Source: Trichosphaerium sp. ATCC 40318 | Lineage: Eukaryota; Protista; Tubulinea | Assembly: GCA_038496445.1 (NCBI GenBank) | Contig: JALMLS010000322.1 | Coordinates: forward strand, 558,001-622,000 | Reading direction: 5' to 3' | Length of the DNA stretch: 64,000 bases | Part shown: piece after piece, positions 14,146-26,885 of the stretch | Position numbering within the stretch: position 1 is the first letter of the stretch | How the letters are laid out: every line of letters starts with the position of its first letter | The notes under the pieces: generated by a model | Told to the model about the DNA's origin: nothing | The model's database searches: none | The model's input: the letters and a program-made list of their open reading frames with translations, nothing else | Translations under genes and position numbers: made by a program

Positions 14146-14412
14146 ATGAACAGACCAGGCCAAAGAGAAGAGAGAATGTTACTCGAAAACGCCGAAATGT
14201 TTTTGCAAATGGGCCAAAACAAAACGCGAAGAAGCCAACGCAACTGCGCCAATACCTCCAGAATGAGCGCCAACAACAGCAGAATGGCACGTAGTTACAA
14301 CAGAAGCAGAAATAACAACACCAATTCACGCAAACCGGCCCTTTCACGTATGAACACCTTTGAAGAAGCGCAGTACTTTGTAAACACTTGGGGAAACGCT
14401 TCAAACTGTTAA
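14146..14412 (+). CDS. Small 88-aa Asn/Arg-rich hypothetical protein, single exon
   Basis: A-rich start context (AAAAAAATG), clean ORF, AATAAA about 55 nt after the stop; divergent from the phosphatase gene. Confidence 0.5.
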   Translation: MNRPGQREERMLLENAEMFLQMGQNKTRRSQRNCANTSRMSANNSRMARSYNRSRNNNTNSRKPALSRMNTFEEAQYFVNTWGNASNC

Positions 14413-15031
14413 AACAACAAATTCATCTTTTCTCGGAATCGATGGATCTTAAAATGTAAAACTTGTAAATAAACACTTCACTACATTTTATGTCTTTTGT
14501 TAGCTGCGATGATGTGGTTAGCTCCTTGTGCATTCCTTAGATGACATTGTGATTTGATAAAAGTGAAAGGACCGTGTAAATAAAACTGTCAATCGCAACC
14601 CTTAGATTGTGATGTCACTGTCGTATATCACCATAACGTGTTGTTTCGGAGCGTTGATACTGTTGAAACGTATCCCGCCACTTACGCGCCATTAATCATT
14701 CGTGTAAGAGTTGTGAGCGTAAAAACGTACTTGGCCCACTACTAGACGTAGAATACGTAACTTTGACAATGTTGATTGTCAAAAACTATATAAACCTCCT
14801 TAAACCGTTCCCTATGTATTCTGCAGGCGTAATATACGCAGTGCGAATAGCTACAGACGATTAACTACCGAATTAATTATTTGAAACTCGCACAGCGTAG
14901 ACAATCTCGTAAACAGAAAGAGCGAAAGCAACTAAATGTCTTAACAAAGAAAATTCTCGAAAAAAACAGAATTCTTGTTTGTGTCACGAAACGAGATCAA
15001 AAAAAAACTACAAGGTATTTGAGGGGTCTAA

Positions 15032-15095
15032 TTACAAGGGTCTTCTTTATAAACATGGGTTTTTTTGTACAACTTACAAGGGTTTTCTTTACAAA
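15032..15095. repeat. Imperfect direct repeat TTACAAGGGTYTTCTTTAYAAA x2 (period 42)
   Basis: 15032-15053 ttacaagggtcttctttataaa vs 15074-15095 ttacaagggttttctttacaaa. Confidence 0.7.
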
Positions 15096-15170
15096 TATTT
15101 GAGATTTTTTTTTTCTGGAGATTTTGTTTCTTTTTTTTTATCTTTCCTGACGCTTTGTCCAACTTCATCG

Positions 15171-16172
15171 TTACACTGTCACAAGGAATAGAGACTTAGC
15201 TTTCTTCAAAGGAGAATACGGGAGATATAGAGCTCCAGAAGAATCCTGAAGGTAAATACTCTTGTATTGAGGCAGCTTGAAGAGACCATACTGAACGACA
15301 TGTTGAAGCAAGTCGTTAGCAGTACATCCTTCCCATTTTTTAAAAACGATAGAAGATTGACCTGGGTAATGAATACTAACGTTACCGGCGCCAGTGATCT
15401 CATCTGAAGAAGCAAGAAGAAGAGGAGGAAGAGTGTTTGATTGTTCACCGAAAATCGGAGATTTCGAACTTATCCTCAGAATGTGTGATATTGGGTTCAA
15501 GCATTGTTTTTTTCGTTTTATCTCTTCGCAGAACTTTGCATCGAATGTATCTGAACATCTTTTTCTCTTTTTTCCAGAATTCTTAGTGTTCCACGTGGCT
15601 TTATGTAAAAGCATTAAAATCTTTGCTCCTTCTATTGACGCGTCGTCAAAAACCTCTTTTTTCACCTTTGCTGGAAGATTCTTTGACATGTCATGTCCCT
15701 TAAGTTTCGCCGGTATTGGGTCTTCCCGATCTACAAAAGCAACCAATTCTACCCGTGAGGACTTCATTGGTCGCAATCTTAAGAAACATCCTTTAAACTG
15801 AGTTCCTACTTGTCCTTGACCAGATCCTTTGGTCAAAACAGGTTTAATTACGAGAATTCCTGTTTTAAATCGTTTGTACAAGTCTTTCGCTTTTTGTAGA
15901 GTCATATGTAGAACAATTCTTCTGCTGTTCGTTTCTATCAGTACATTCTTTGACGGACCTTCGGTTGAAATGTCGCGGAATTGGGACGCCATGATGTAAA
16001 CGTAGAAGTTGATCTCTGATAGTACTTCTACTAATTCTGTACGTTGTAGGCGCCTTCTATCCTTGCGTGATAAGGCAGAACCATAACTCTGTCGTTTTGA
16101 GTCTTTTCCAACCTTAACGCTTGTCGTGAATAGAGAAAACTTCGGATATGAAGGTAATATAGTTGATGTCAT
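15171..16172 (-). CDS. Intronless hypothetical protein (~333 aa from ATG 16172) with basic NLS-like segments
   Basis: Uninterrupted ORF of about 1 kb in AT-rich DNA; KKRKR and IKRKK motifs; no family recognised. Confidence 0.7.
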   Translation of the reverse strand: MTSTILPSYPKFSLFTTSVKVGKDSKRQSYGSALSRKDRRRLQRTELVEVLSEINFYVYIMASQFRDISTEGPSKNVLIETNSRRIVLHMTLQKAKDLYKRFKTGILVIKPVLTKGSGQGQVGTQFKGCFLRLRPMKSSRVELVAFVDREDPIPAKLKGHDMSKNLPAKVKKEVFDDASIEGAKILMLLHKATWNTKNSGKKRKRCSDTFDAKFCEEIKRKKQCLNPISHILRISSKSPIFGEQSNTLPPLLLASSDEITGAGNVSIHYPGQSSIVFKKWEGCTANDLLQHVVQYGLFKLPQYKSIYLQDSSGALYLPYSPLKKAKSLFLVTV

Positions 16173-17175
16173 GTTAAAATATAGGTGGAGTTTACTTGAA
16201 GAATTCAAGTAAAAATTTGTCCGCTTGGGGTGTTCACTCTGTAAGTCTATAAAAAAATGACGGAATTTCATTTCTTTGAAATAGTGCACCCAGGCCAGTT
16301 CGTAAAATATTCAGGCCCGAAAACGTCGGTATGACGTCAAAACATTATACCGATATCTGTAGTATATTGTCTTTATAATAGGAAGGAGTTTGGCCAAAAA
16401 AAACCGGTCTACTTTGCAGAATTCCAGAAAGCGAATCGGAAAAACAACGTTTTTAGGTTCACAATTGTTTATCCAACCCCAGATTTCTTCAAAACTACCG
16501 TATTTCTCCCAAGTACTTCGTAACTTGTTGTTTGTGACTTGTGAACATCTCTTTCAGTTCGGTACACGCCGGGTCACCGAAATTTTTTTGCCCGCGGATA
16601 GAATACCTTATTTGTCGCTCTCCCGGTACAGCAAGAAACCTGAAGCGCATTTATGGCTGAAAAACGGCGGTTAAAAAAGGTTCACGCGGAGTCACGCCAA
16701 GCGAAGCGAAGGAAGTCTATTGAATATCGTAGCGCAATATGGCGCCGTATAGCCAAAAATGGCCAGATTAACGACACCGATACTTCAAAACTTAAAAAAG
16801 TTGTCCCAACATGTCACGTCGCGCGACTAAATTCGCCTAACCCCACTCAGCCCCCTTTTTCGCCAAATAATATTCGTGTCACCCCAAAAGCCCCAAAAAT
16901 ACACGTAAGTCGTACTTTTTAATATTTTAGGATGTTTTTGGACCGTGAGAACAAGTGAAAAACTGCACAATCTTAGAAATATAAAAAAACGGTTGTAAAC
17001 TAAATTCTTGTTGAGCCGAGAACTTCACTGAAAAAACCCTCTTCTAACAGTTATTCAGAATTCTAAACAAACCTCCGAACCATTGTATAGGCTTTGTAGC
17101 GCTAATTCTAGCCTGCATAAAATTCAACCGAGCCCATCACGTAACATAACTGCCGAAAAAAATGCTGACATTGAC

Positions 17176-18952
17176 ATGGATTTTTCAGAATTTATGCAAG
17201 CTATGGATAACAGTGTGATTGGTAAACCTCAACAAGGAGTACGAACAAAAGAATTCTTTATAGGTATAAAGGAACTTACCAATCTCATCAGGTGTCATCT
17301 GAAAGAGTGAACAAACAATTGATACCTGAACCTAAACAAACATTCGAAAAAACGCCTGCTATCAACAAAAACAAGGTAATAGTACACTTCTATTTTCTAG
17401 TTGACAAAAGGCATATTCACTTAACACTTACAGTTCCTCACCGATGCATTGGGTACCATAGAGCTACTATATAAGATTCAAGGCAAAGAATGGAATGTAC
17501 GAGGAACAAGGTTGGCGATAATCGCTTTGAAACAGTTAGACTTTACTGTACGATCTATAGAAGATGTTAAGGATGTTAAAGGTAGTTCATTTTTTTTCTT
17601 GGCAACTCAAGAACATGTCATTAATTTCATGAATTGTATTGGCCCAAAGTATTCTTATTCTATGTAGGTATAGGCTCCTCCGCGAAGCGTAGGATTGGGG
17701 AAGTACTTGACAACGGATGCTTAAGTGAAGTAAATGAAAAGGAAGAGGTTTTATTGATGTTTTATAAAGTTTGGGGTACTTCTTTTTTGATCACGTTTTT
17801 CTAGCAAACTCTTATTTATGACGTTATTATAAAGAACTACTTATGTCTTAACATTGAAGTAATTTTTTTTATCAAAGGAGCTGGACCAATTACTGTACGA
17901 CAATGGTATAACAGAGGTTTTAGAACTTTAGAAGATCTGAAAAAAATCAAACATGAACTACCTCTTGAACAGCAATTAGGATTAAAGTACTACAAGGTAA
18001 ACCTAATTCAAACTTCTATTAAAGTATTGAACCCTCAGTACTCTCTTGGGACGCTTAGCTAAGCCTTTTGCAACAGGACATTACTTGTAAAATACCTCGC
18101 AATGAAGTAAAGAAACATGCCAATGTTGTGAAGAAAGCAGCTCAGACAATGTATCCTGAAGCGCGGATCGATATTTGTGGTTCTTACAGACGCGAAAGAG
18201 AAGGTACTCCTTTGACACATTCTTTTTCTGTCACGTGATAGTTTTTCTTTTCGAATTTTTTTTCATTAAATTTTTAGAATGTGGTGATATAGACGTTATG
18301 ATAACTGTACCATGCCCAACGCCTGATGGTGTATTGGAACGCATAATAAACGTGTTAATTGAACAGGAATTCATTGTTGAGACGTTACACATGTCAGAAT
18401 ATAAACAAGGAAGAACTTGGCAGCACCACTTTGATAAGTTCATGGGTATCATTTACTTTCTTATCTCTTCTTATTTTTTCGAATCGATTTGTGAAAAAAT
18501 ATTGTAGGTATATCCATACTTCCTGGAGGCAAGTGTCGTCGCTTGGATATCGTCTTGTTACCTTCACACATGCATGCAGGAGTGTTATTTTATTTTACGG
18601 GATCAAATTGGTTCAATAGAGATTTACGCATGTACGTTACTACTCTTGACGCGAAAACACTGTTATACTACGTCACGTGGGATGATATTGCTATTTTAAA
18701 GCAAAAAAATTAACTACTTTACCGCGCCTTAGTAAATCGAAGAAGGTTGGGTACTATGTTTGTAATCATGGTATTTCAAGGTGTAATCATAATGGGAAGA
18801 AAGTCGGTGAAAGATTCAAAGTTTGTATGTCACCATTCTCTTCTAATAATTTTTATTGAAAACGTGATAATTAAATCTATGTAGCGAGCGAAAAGGAGAT
18901 ATTCTCCATGTTAGGTATTCCCTATTATACCCCAAAAGAGCGAGACTGGTAG
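17176..18952 (+). CDS. X-family DNA polymerase (pol beta/lambda-like), multi-exon; start uncertain
   Basis: KGIGSS HhH, VWGAGP HhH, GLKYY, ICGSYRR, CGDIDVMIT, RRLDI, YFTGSNWFNRDLR, and SEKEIFSMLGIPYYTPKERDW* (TAG 18950-18952). Confidence 0.92.
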
Positions 18953-19482
18953 CCTTTTTCAAAAATTCAAAAAAAAAAAAAGAAAAGGATGCTTTTTGTG
19001 CGTGATTCTCTTTTATTTCAAGATCAAAACCACCTAAAGATAGCACGTTGTATAGTATTATTTGTGTAAAGAAAGGTGAAGCTGTAAATTAAAGTATTGT
19101 TGTTGTTTTAAGCGAACAGATCAACTTTTTTAGTTCAACAAGTACTTTACAACCATTTTTTTTTTGATTTTCTTCGGTTTTTTGGTTTTTAAGGCACACC
19201 ACCTCAAATAATCACCTGAAGCTGGAGTACGCACCTATATTACCTTGTGATCTCAATAAAACTACCAAAAAAAATCTTAAGATTTGGCTTTAGTTTGTGT
19301 CGCTTTTCTCGAGTCGTTTTTAGTCGTAGCGCCTTTGCTTCGTATTCAGCGTCCTGTTAGCGTTGTACAATACCTCGTATTTTCTCGTCAAGATCTGTTT
19401 GGGGAGATATCGCTTAATCCAAGTGTGTACCTATCTCATACAGAAGATAACTGTTCCGGAATCAACAACAACGCAACGCGTC

Positions 19483-22021
19483 ATGAATTTTAGTGGTTTC
19501 TTGACTGCTTTGTTATTTTTAAGCCTACGTACGTGTTCAGGATCCTGTTTTATTCGTTTTCTCTACCATTCTCCCTTTACTTTATCTCGTTTGTGTCTAT
19601 ATACCCCGACAGTTATATTAACAAGTGTTAGTGGCGCTCACAACTGGTCAGATTTGCTCTTCATGCGAATGTACTTCTTGTGATGCATGTAATGCTCGTC
19701 GTGCCGCTGGACAATGCTTCGTCGTCTCACAGGGCGATGGAACAAGTACGTATTTTGTCAATCTGCAAATGGAGATGATTTAAAACAAAAAACCTCGCTG
19801 CTAGGCGTTAAAGTGTTAACGAACCTTTGTTTTATAGGATTAAACGATCAGCCTTGTGTAGTCGTTGGTCCTGGCGCTGTCGTTCTTGGGTTTACCCACA
19901 CTACAAACAACGCAGAGTGTGTCTTTTTAGAGCCTGGATCCCGCGTTTTGGGCGGCATCACTATGGGAAATGGTAATGATTGTATTATATCTAATGGAGG
20001 TATTATCGACGGCAATGTTGACATGGGTACGTGTTTTCTCGCTCACATCCGCGAATATCGGAAAAGGCAGTGTTCTTTCGACTGGGATGTTGTACATCTG
20101 CCCCGAACTTCGTAGCAATCTGCTTAACTTTCTGGCCAACTGTTTTTTTTTTCCTTGTACAACTCCAGTGTTAAGTTATGCCTTACCATTGTTGCTTAAG
20201 GTGCCGGTCGCGATTGTTTCTTGGGAACAAGAACACATATCTCAGGATTGGTTATGGGTGCTGGCGATGATGTAGTATTGTTGACAGACGTAGATACTGA
20301 TTCCACAGGAAACTCAAAGTACCCTTTTTTTTAGTTTTGTGTTGACCTTGTTTCTGACACTTTGGTGGTTTTTTAGCTTCGGTGATATTAGCGGTAATGG
20401 TGGTGACGATTGTATTTCTATTGTTGGAAGTGAGCCAGGAGACCCTACAAAGAGAAGTGTCCCTACCAAATGGCAAAATGTTGATGGCACGTTTTTTTCT
20501 TCTGGTTTTTTTTTCATTCTTGGTCTTTTGTAGTCTACGAAGTGAGTACTAATTTTTTTCTGTAGATATTCAACAAATGGAACGCCCTGAACTTTCCTCT
20601 ATGGAAGCTCACCGCAAATTTACTGAAGAAAGACAAGAGATGAAACGTCAGACTTTCCCAGTTATTGCCACTCGTTCTGTAGTTGGTGATATTAACGGTA
20701 ATGGTGGTGACGATTGTATATTGATCGTTGGTACTGATTTTGATAATGCCAATGGTACGTCAGTCTTTCGAAAGGACGAGAAGATACGAAACAACAACAA
20801 TAAAAAATTCTCGTTTTTTTCGTTTCTTTTTCTGCAAAGAGTCAACGTTTACTAACTTTGTCTTTCTAGGCGGTGGCGGTAATGATGATATCGTTGCTTG
20901 CAATGTTGAGTTTGAGCGTATAAACGGTAACGCCGGTTCAGACGCAATTGATGTAAAGACCTATTTGTCTCCACTCACCCCAGCTTCTATTTTCGGCGGT
21001 GCTGATAACGATATTGTTCGAGGAACAGATTTCAGAGGACAAGGAACTGGTCTTATCGGAGGAGGAGGAGGAACTGATGCGTACGTGAAAAACAAGACCT
21101 GGACTACCCGAACTTGTTTTAATAACTATCGCAAAACCTTTTAATACGAAAATGGCGATTTCTTCATTTTACACCCGCTTTGCATCTTCTTACGTTCTTT
21201 TTAGGTGCTGCCCAGACTTCGCGACAACACTAACAGCAGGAAATTGCGAAGAAGTAACGTGTGTAGACTTTACACCAACAACGCAACCACCAACAAACCC
21301 ACCAACAACGCAACCACCTACAAACGCACCAACATTAGCACCAACATTACCGCCTACTGTTGCACCAACATTAGCGCCAAACGTCCCTACAGAGACGCCT
21401 ACAACAGCTCCTCCAACCACAGCAGGTCCTCCTACAACAGTGGCTCCTACAGAGACGCCTACAACACCTCCTCCAAGCAGCATCCCACAAGAGAACCAAA
21501 TGATCTTCACCGAGATTCACGCAAATCCTTCAAGAGTTAGTGGAGTCTCATCAGCACTTGCTGAGTACTTTGAACTTCTTAATCGCGGACCAACAATAGA
21601 CCTAACAGGGTGTACCGTTGGTACCATGTTTGCAAGAGAAACAATAACTGGCGGAGTTCTTATTACAGGCGACCGCATTTACTTCAGAAGAGCGTTTGTT
21701 CCTGCTGATAACGTGCCTCCACAGTACGGAGGAAATGCACCTCCTACAATGTTCTTTTTTGCAAATTTCGGATTGGGAGATGGCGCTGATGATCTCTCCA
21801 TCTTATGTGAAGGTGACACAATTGTTGTTGCTAGCTTCGCTTACGATGCTTCTTTTGGAATCGCCAGAGGGTCATCATTACAATTAGATCCTACTATCGA
21901 AATGACTGGTGACCAAGCCGCCGTTACAAGTTCTGCAAACTGGTGTAGATCTGAAAACGCAATAGGAGCACTAGCAGGTAGCGATAACGGAACACCAAAT
22001 GCCCCAAATGATGCTTGCTAA
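19483..22021 (+). CDS. Secreted protein: Cys-rich N-terminus, RTX/hemolysin-type Gly-Asp Ca-binding repeats, Pro/Thr stalk, C-terminal lamin-tail-like domain
   Basis: Signal peptide MNFSGFLTALLFLSLLALTTG; repeats MGNGND, MGAGDD, GNGGDD, GGGGND, GNAGSD, GGADND; PT repeats; IFTEIHANP...AEYFELLN...IDLTG...GTPNAPNDAC. Confidence 0.72.
21270..21480 (+). repeat. Pro/Thr-rich coding repeats (TTQPPTN x2, APTLAP x2, PTETPTT x2)
   Basis: Direct nucleotide repeats, e.g. cctacagagacgcctacaaca twice and caacaacgcaaccacc twice. Confidence 0.85.
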
Positions 22022-22456
22022 GTTCAAACACTCAAAAGAAAAAAAGAGGAAAAAACCCAAAAAAAACAGCAGTAGTGTTTAATTATAGTATTAAGAACCC
22101 TGTTTATCTCTTTCAATAAACAAAAAATTAACAAAACAAATCAACCTACCAGCTGGGTTAACGAACACCTGTATCAGTTTTTGTAGTTTGAAGGCGTTCA
22201 TAATCTTGTCCGAATATTACAAATGAAGCTCTCAAATACCTGAAAGGTCGACATACGATTTATCTCGTTTTACTTCTGCTGTAGTTAGGTTCGGAACACC
22301 CGCGTGTGGGGTTACGGCCGTACAGGCTGACACTCTTGTGGCCCATGATGAAGATACACTAGTTGGTCAACGTTTGTGGTAAGAAAAAAACAAGAAGGCA
22401 CGAAATATTGTATGTTTACTCTATTACTACATCATCTATTTACTTTTACATTCTTG

Positions 22457-25400
22457 TTATGAGTACGCAAAACCCTCTGATCCATAACGTATTGCTACTA
22501 ATAAAAGTTGTTCTAATTCTTCATGTTTGGTATACGCTGGAAGCTTTAATAATCGGAAACTAGAACAAACTTAAGTGGCTTTTTTTTAAAAAGGACTGAC
22601 TCACCATGTTGCTGCTCTGGGTAGGTATCCTTTTTGGTACGGCACTCTTGAAATACTAAAATAAGTGTGTTAGAAAGAACAGGTATTAGAGAGTGCGCTA
22701 CATACCAAAATTTGTTTGTCTTGAATCCACCCTGTTTTGGAAAAAAAAAGTTAGCTAATGTTGGGCAAAAACTGAGATGCCAACGTACAACTGGTAGTGC
22801 AGAAGATCCCGTACAGAACTTTAATAGTAGGGCTCTCTCATTCTGAGTAAGTTTGCGAACAGTCTTCCAAAACCATTTTATTTGAACTGAGGATGTAGTG
22901 TAACCCTTTTTTTTGCTTAGTAGAAAATAAGAAATATTACTAAATGTACTTTGTATATTGTGTTTTCTTTCCACGTCTTAGTGTGTATATTAGCGGATCC
23001 AGAGATCAGTATATCTAACTCAGCTTCTGTAAACAGCTCTGCTAATTCTTTCATAGAACACACGAGCTCAAAACCTTCCCGAAACGAGTCTAGTGACAAC
23101 AGAATAGTAAGAAAAAAGTAAGAACAAATTTATCATTGCTGTACCAACTTGAGCTTGAACAACGCCTTGTACTTTGAATTGAGCATACAAAGACACAAAT
23201 TTATCTTTGTTTTCATTTGTGACAGGGATATTTTCTCCTCCAGGGACTAAAGGCACTTGCCTACGTCCTCCAATACCATCATCTGTTGAAGAAAAAAATA
23301 AGAATATTGTTATCACATAATAAGGATTCCCGTACCAATATCAGCGCAAAAATCGTACTCAAGACAAGCTACATCAATGTCCTTAAGCCCAATCAAGTTG
23401 TTATATAGATCCTATAACATTAATACGTAATAAAGCAATGTGACATCTCGCTACCTTATCAAGAAGAGCTAAGTCATCAATTGAACATTCTTCCATGAGA
23501 ATCATTTTTAAAAAAGGTTTAGAGTATCGTATAGATAACTGGATATTTGATGTTATGGCAATACCAGTTAAAATGCCAATAAAGCGAAAATAAATGTCAT
23601 CCGCACAGGGATGAGGATGATATGCATTACCATTTGCTGTGACTGATAAGATTTTACGTGAATCTTCGCATATTTCCTGTGATAAAACTTGCACAAATTC
23701 TCTTACAACACCAGGGCCAAACCCAGCTTCATTTTTAAATCTTGCACCTAATAGGCATGAATTTTGGACGAAATCGAGGAAATTATTTATCAAAAACTGA
23801 CAGCATGCGCTGACCATCATGAAGATAGAAAAAAAACGTACTAAGTTTCGCTTTTGGGTTGAATCCAGAACCGTAAAAGAACCTCATTGTATCAATTAAT
23901 ACTGTTCCTCTACCAACTAATAACTTATTCATTCCTTTATGAGCATCTTTAGTTTTCCTCCAACATCTTTTAAACCATCTGTATCGATTTTTAAGACTTA
24001 ATATCTTATTGTGTTTAAGTAGGAACTTGAACTTCCTAAAAAGAATACTTGGGTTCTTCTTAATAAACTTATTCAATGCGTCGTAATACTCGGGTATTGT
24101 TGCTATAAATTTAATAATAGACTTTACGCTATCGATAGATTTTGGGTCTCTCATCAAATTCCCTAACACGTGGAGCTAAACAAAGTTAGAAGAATTTGAA
24201 AGACAACAAAAAAAAACATGAAAAAGTCGTTGTACTTGTTCAGTATCCATTTCGATTAATTTTAAAGCACATCCTCGCTCTCCATTGAAATCAGCATATA
24301 ATAAAGCAGGCCAACCGTAATTATCCTAGAAATATACAATCAGGCTACAACCAAGACAAGCACACAGAAACAAACAGCCGGATTTTTTTCAAAACTCAAA
24401 AAAACAACACTTACACACATCTCCGCACGTGCTTTGTTCTTCATTAACAATTCAACCATTTGAGTACTACCTACCAGAGCGGCATTGTGCAGCGCTGTTC
24501 TAACCACACATAAGTCTTTGAGGAGCTCCAAATAAGCGTTAGAATAATATTACCTTCCTTCCTTATCCTTCACCAAAGGATCAGCTCCATACAATAGGAG
24601 CTTCTCCGCACATGCCAAGTGATCACTCGAGGCTGCAATCATAAGGGGCGTACTATGGTTATTATCTCTTTCGTAAACTTTAGCCCCATTGTCGATCATG
24701 AAAACTAAAATATCACAAGCTCCAAGTTGTGCAGCGTAGTGAAGTGCTGCAGCTCCATTATTGTCTTTAGCGTTTGTTATATTTTTACCAAGTATACTAA
24801 CTACGCTTTTGACAATAGACAAATCCATGCTAGACACAGCACAGTGTATTAATCTTCTACCATCATCATCTATGACATGAACACTAGAACAAAGTTAAGC
24901 ATGATATATGAGCGTTCAACTCACCTGCTATCGTCTTCAGACGCTATAGCCTCCATGGCATGTTTTTGAGCATTAGAGGCAGCGTAAAGTATGGCTGTTT
25001 CTCCTTCACGATCTTTAATTGCACATAATCTGATACTGGAAGTATGAGGATGCTTGAACAATGATTCAATGCATTTCACGTGACCTGCCAAACAATTTGT
25101 TAGTACTTCTAATACGCTGTTTCTTGGGTGCCTTTAGCGGCAGCTATGTGGAGTGGTGTTCTCCCGTGTTTATCGCGTATATCAACACATGACGAATTAA
25201 ACAATGATAGAGCTTGTGTCAATCCTACAACGTCACCTGATTCTGCACAAGCAAAAATTTTATCCTCAGGAAGTTGTTGGCTATTATTTTCAGGCTCTGC
25301 GCTTATCTCATCATAATCTTCTTTGATTTCCGTTTCTTGTTCTTCTTTTACTTCTTCATCTTCGTTCTTTTCTTGTTCTTTATCAATATCTTCTTCGTCA

Positions 25401-26613
25401 GAACTGGAGAGAATTAATCGGTTATGCGTTCTTGGGGCTGTTGGAGTCAAACTGTTTAAATCAATGTCATCGTCGGAGCTGTCTTTGTTTCTTTTTTCCT
25501 GTTTACTAAGACGACGTTTCCCAGGTAGCGTCCTTTAAAACGTTACCTACAATTATGTACTAAATGTAAAATTACCTTTTCTTCGTCATCACGTGAATAG
25601 GTGCAGATGTAGGCCGAAATTTTATCTTGGGTGTGTCTTCAAGTTGCAGTCTTTGGAAAAAAAAGTAAAGTAAACAGTTGTTTTTTTTCCATCGAACCAC
25701 GTACCCACACGGCAATATTGGACCATTTTCAACCTCTTCTTCAACAACGAAATCTCCAAGGTCGCTTCCATCTTCTTCACTATTGAACAAATCTTGTTAC
25801 AGAGTATTGATTGACAAAGTTTGAAACACAACATGGTACGCACTCTGAACTTTGGTTGTAAGTACTCTATAATCACGTGGTTATTTTTCAATCATGACTA
25901 CATGTACATACCCGCTCCAAAATAAATTTACTGCCTTGTTTCTTACGCTTTGATCTTCTCCTGCGCACTGGCGGCGAACTAGAACTCTCCTCTTCATCAT
26001 ATTGAACACGTTTTCTAAGCATTTAGTAAGAAGAGAGAATAAACAACTGTTGTCATATGAACCTTTTTTGAGCTCTTCGTGGCCTCAGGCGCTGACTAGT
26101 GATAACATTGTCATCTAGTACGGCTGTAACATTCCCAATATTGTCGTCAACCATGTCTTCATCATCCGATACATTGTCTTGAGGAGTACAGTCTTGGACG
26201 TGAGCTGGCTGGCTTTCTGTGAAGTCTGGGTCATAATCTCCGCTAGATAGGGCTCCTTGATCAGGTGCGATAAAAGAATTACTAGCGTCAGAGTCTGAAT
26301 CAGACGTTGGCAGTACTAGTGAGGTACGGCGCTGTCTTTTAGATCGTCGTAAAGGTGGTACATAGTCTTTCGCGTCGCTGAGTTGTGAAAGAGGTGTCTC
26401 TGGGGTGCTCAAAGCGGTTTTGGCTTCAACGGCTGTCAAATTGTCGTTACTAAACAATTCAACTATTCTTTCATCTATGGTTTGGCGTAGGCTGACGTAT
26501 AAGCGATTTTTATCAATATCTAATAGTTTTTTCAAGAAATTCGCTTGGTCAATTTGCACAGGTGTGTAAATGCCTTTGTTAGCCAATACGCTAGCCAATA
26601 CATCCTGTGCCAT
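22457..26613 (-). CDS. Ankyrin-repeat HECT E3 ubiquitin ligase (HACE1-like) with a long acidic/disordered N-terminus
   Basis: Ankyrin motifs GRTPLHIAA, GAAALHYAA, STPLMIAA. HECT: FKNEAGFGPGVVREF, IPVTNENK, LLKFCTGSSALP, and catalytic LPRAAT|CFRLLKLPAY...GSEGFAYS*. The 26053-26613 ORF splices in via KR|KRVQYDEEESS. Confidence 0.88.
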
Positions 26614-26784
26614 CAAAAGCAAGAAGTATATTGAGCCAGCAAGTCCACAAGACTTATTATTGTCTCTTTCTCTGAAGCTTATTTGAAACGTCAAGTTTTT
26701 CAGCTGACACACCAATACCCTTTTACTATTCGGTATGTATTATAGCGATATTTAAGTGTTTTACGTTTGCAACTACAAAAGGAT

Positions 26785-26800
26785 ACAGTCACGTGACTGT
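26785..26800. promoter_or_regulatory. Perfect 16-bp palindrome ACAGTCACGTGACTGT (extended E-box/CLEAR-like site) in a divergent intergenic region
   Basis: Read directly; lies between ATG 26613 (-) and ATG 26886 (+). Confidence 0.6.
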
Positions 26801-26885
26801 GAGCTCAGAATGGAACAGTTCTTTACTGCTTCAAGTTTAAGTAATTGTGGCTTGATTACATCGTAATAAAAGTCCCTATAAACGT

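Noticed and set aside
16653-16948. Basic 89-aa ORF as the first exon of the Pol X gene
   Set aside because: Its GTAAGT donor spliced to the next AG gives DVFGP-stop through a 26-nt intron; no in-frame link to Pol X could be established.
22290-22350. GGTTACGGCCGTAC resembling the 5' end of 5S rRNA
   Set aside because: The following sequence lacks the 5S conserved blocks (CCCGATCTC, box A/box C) and no closing helix is evident.
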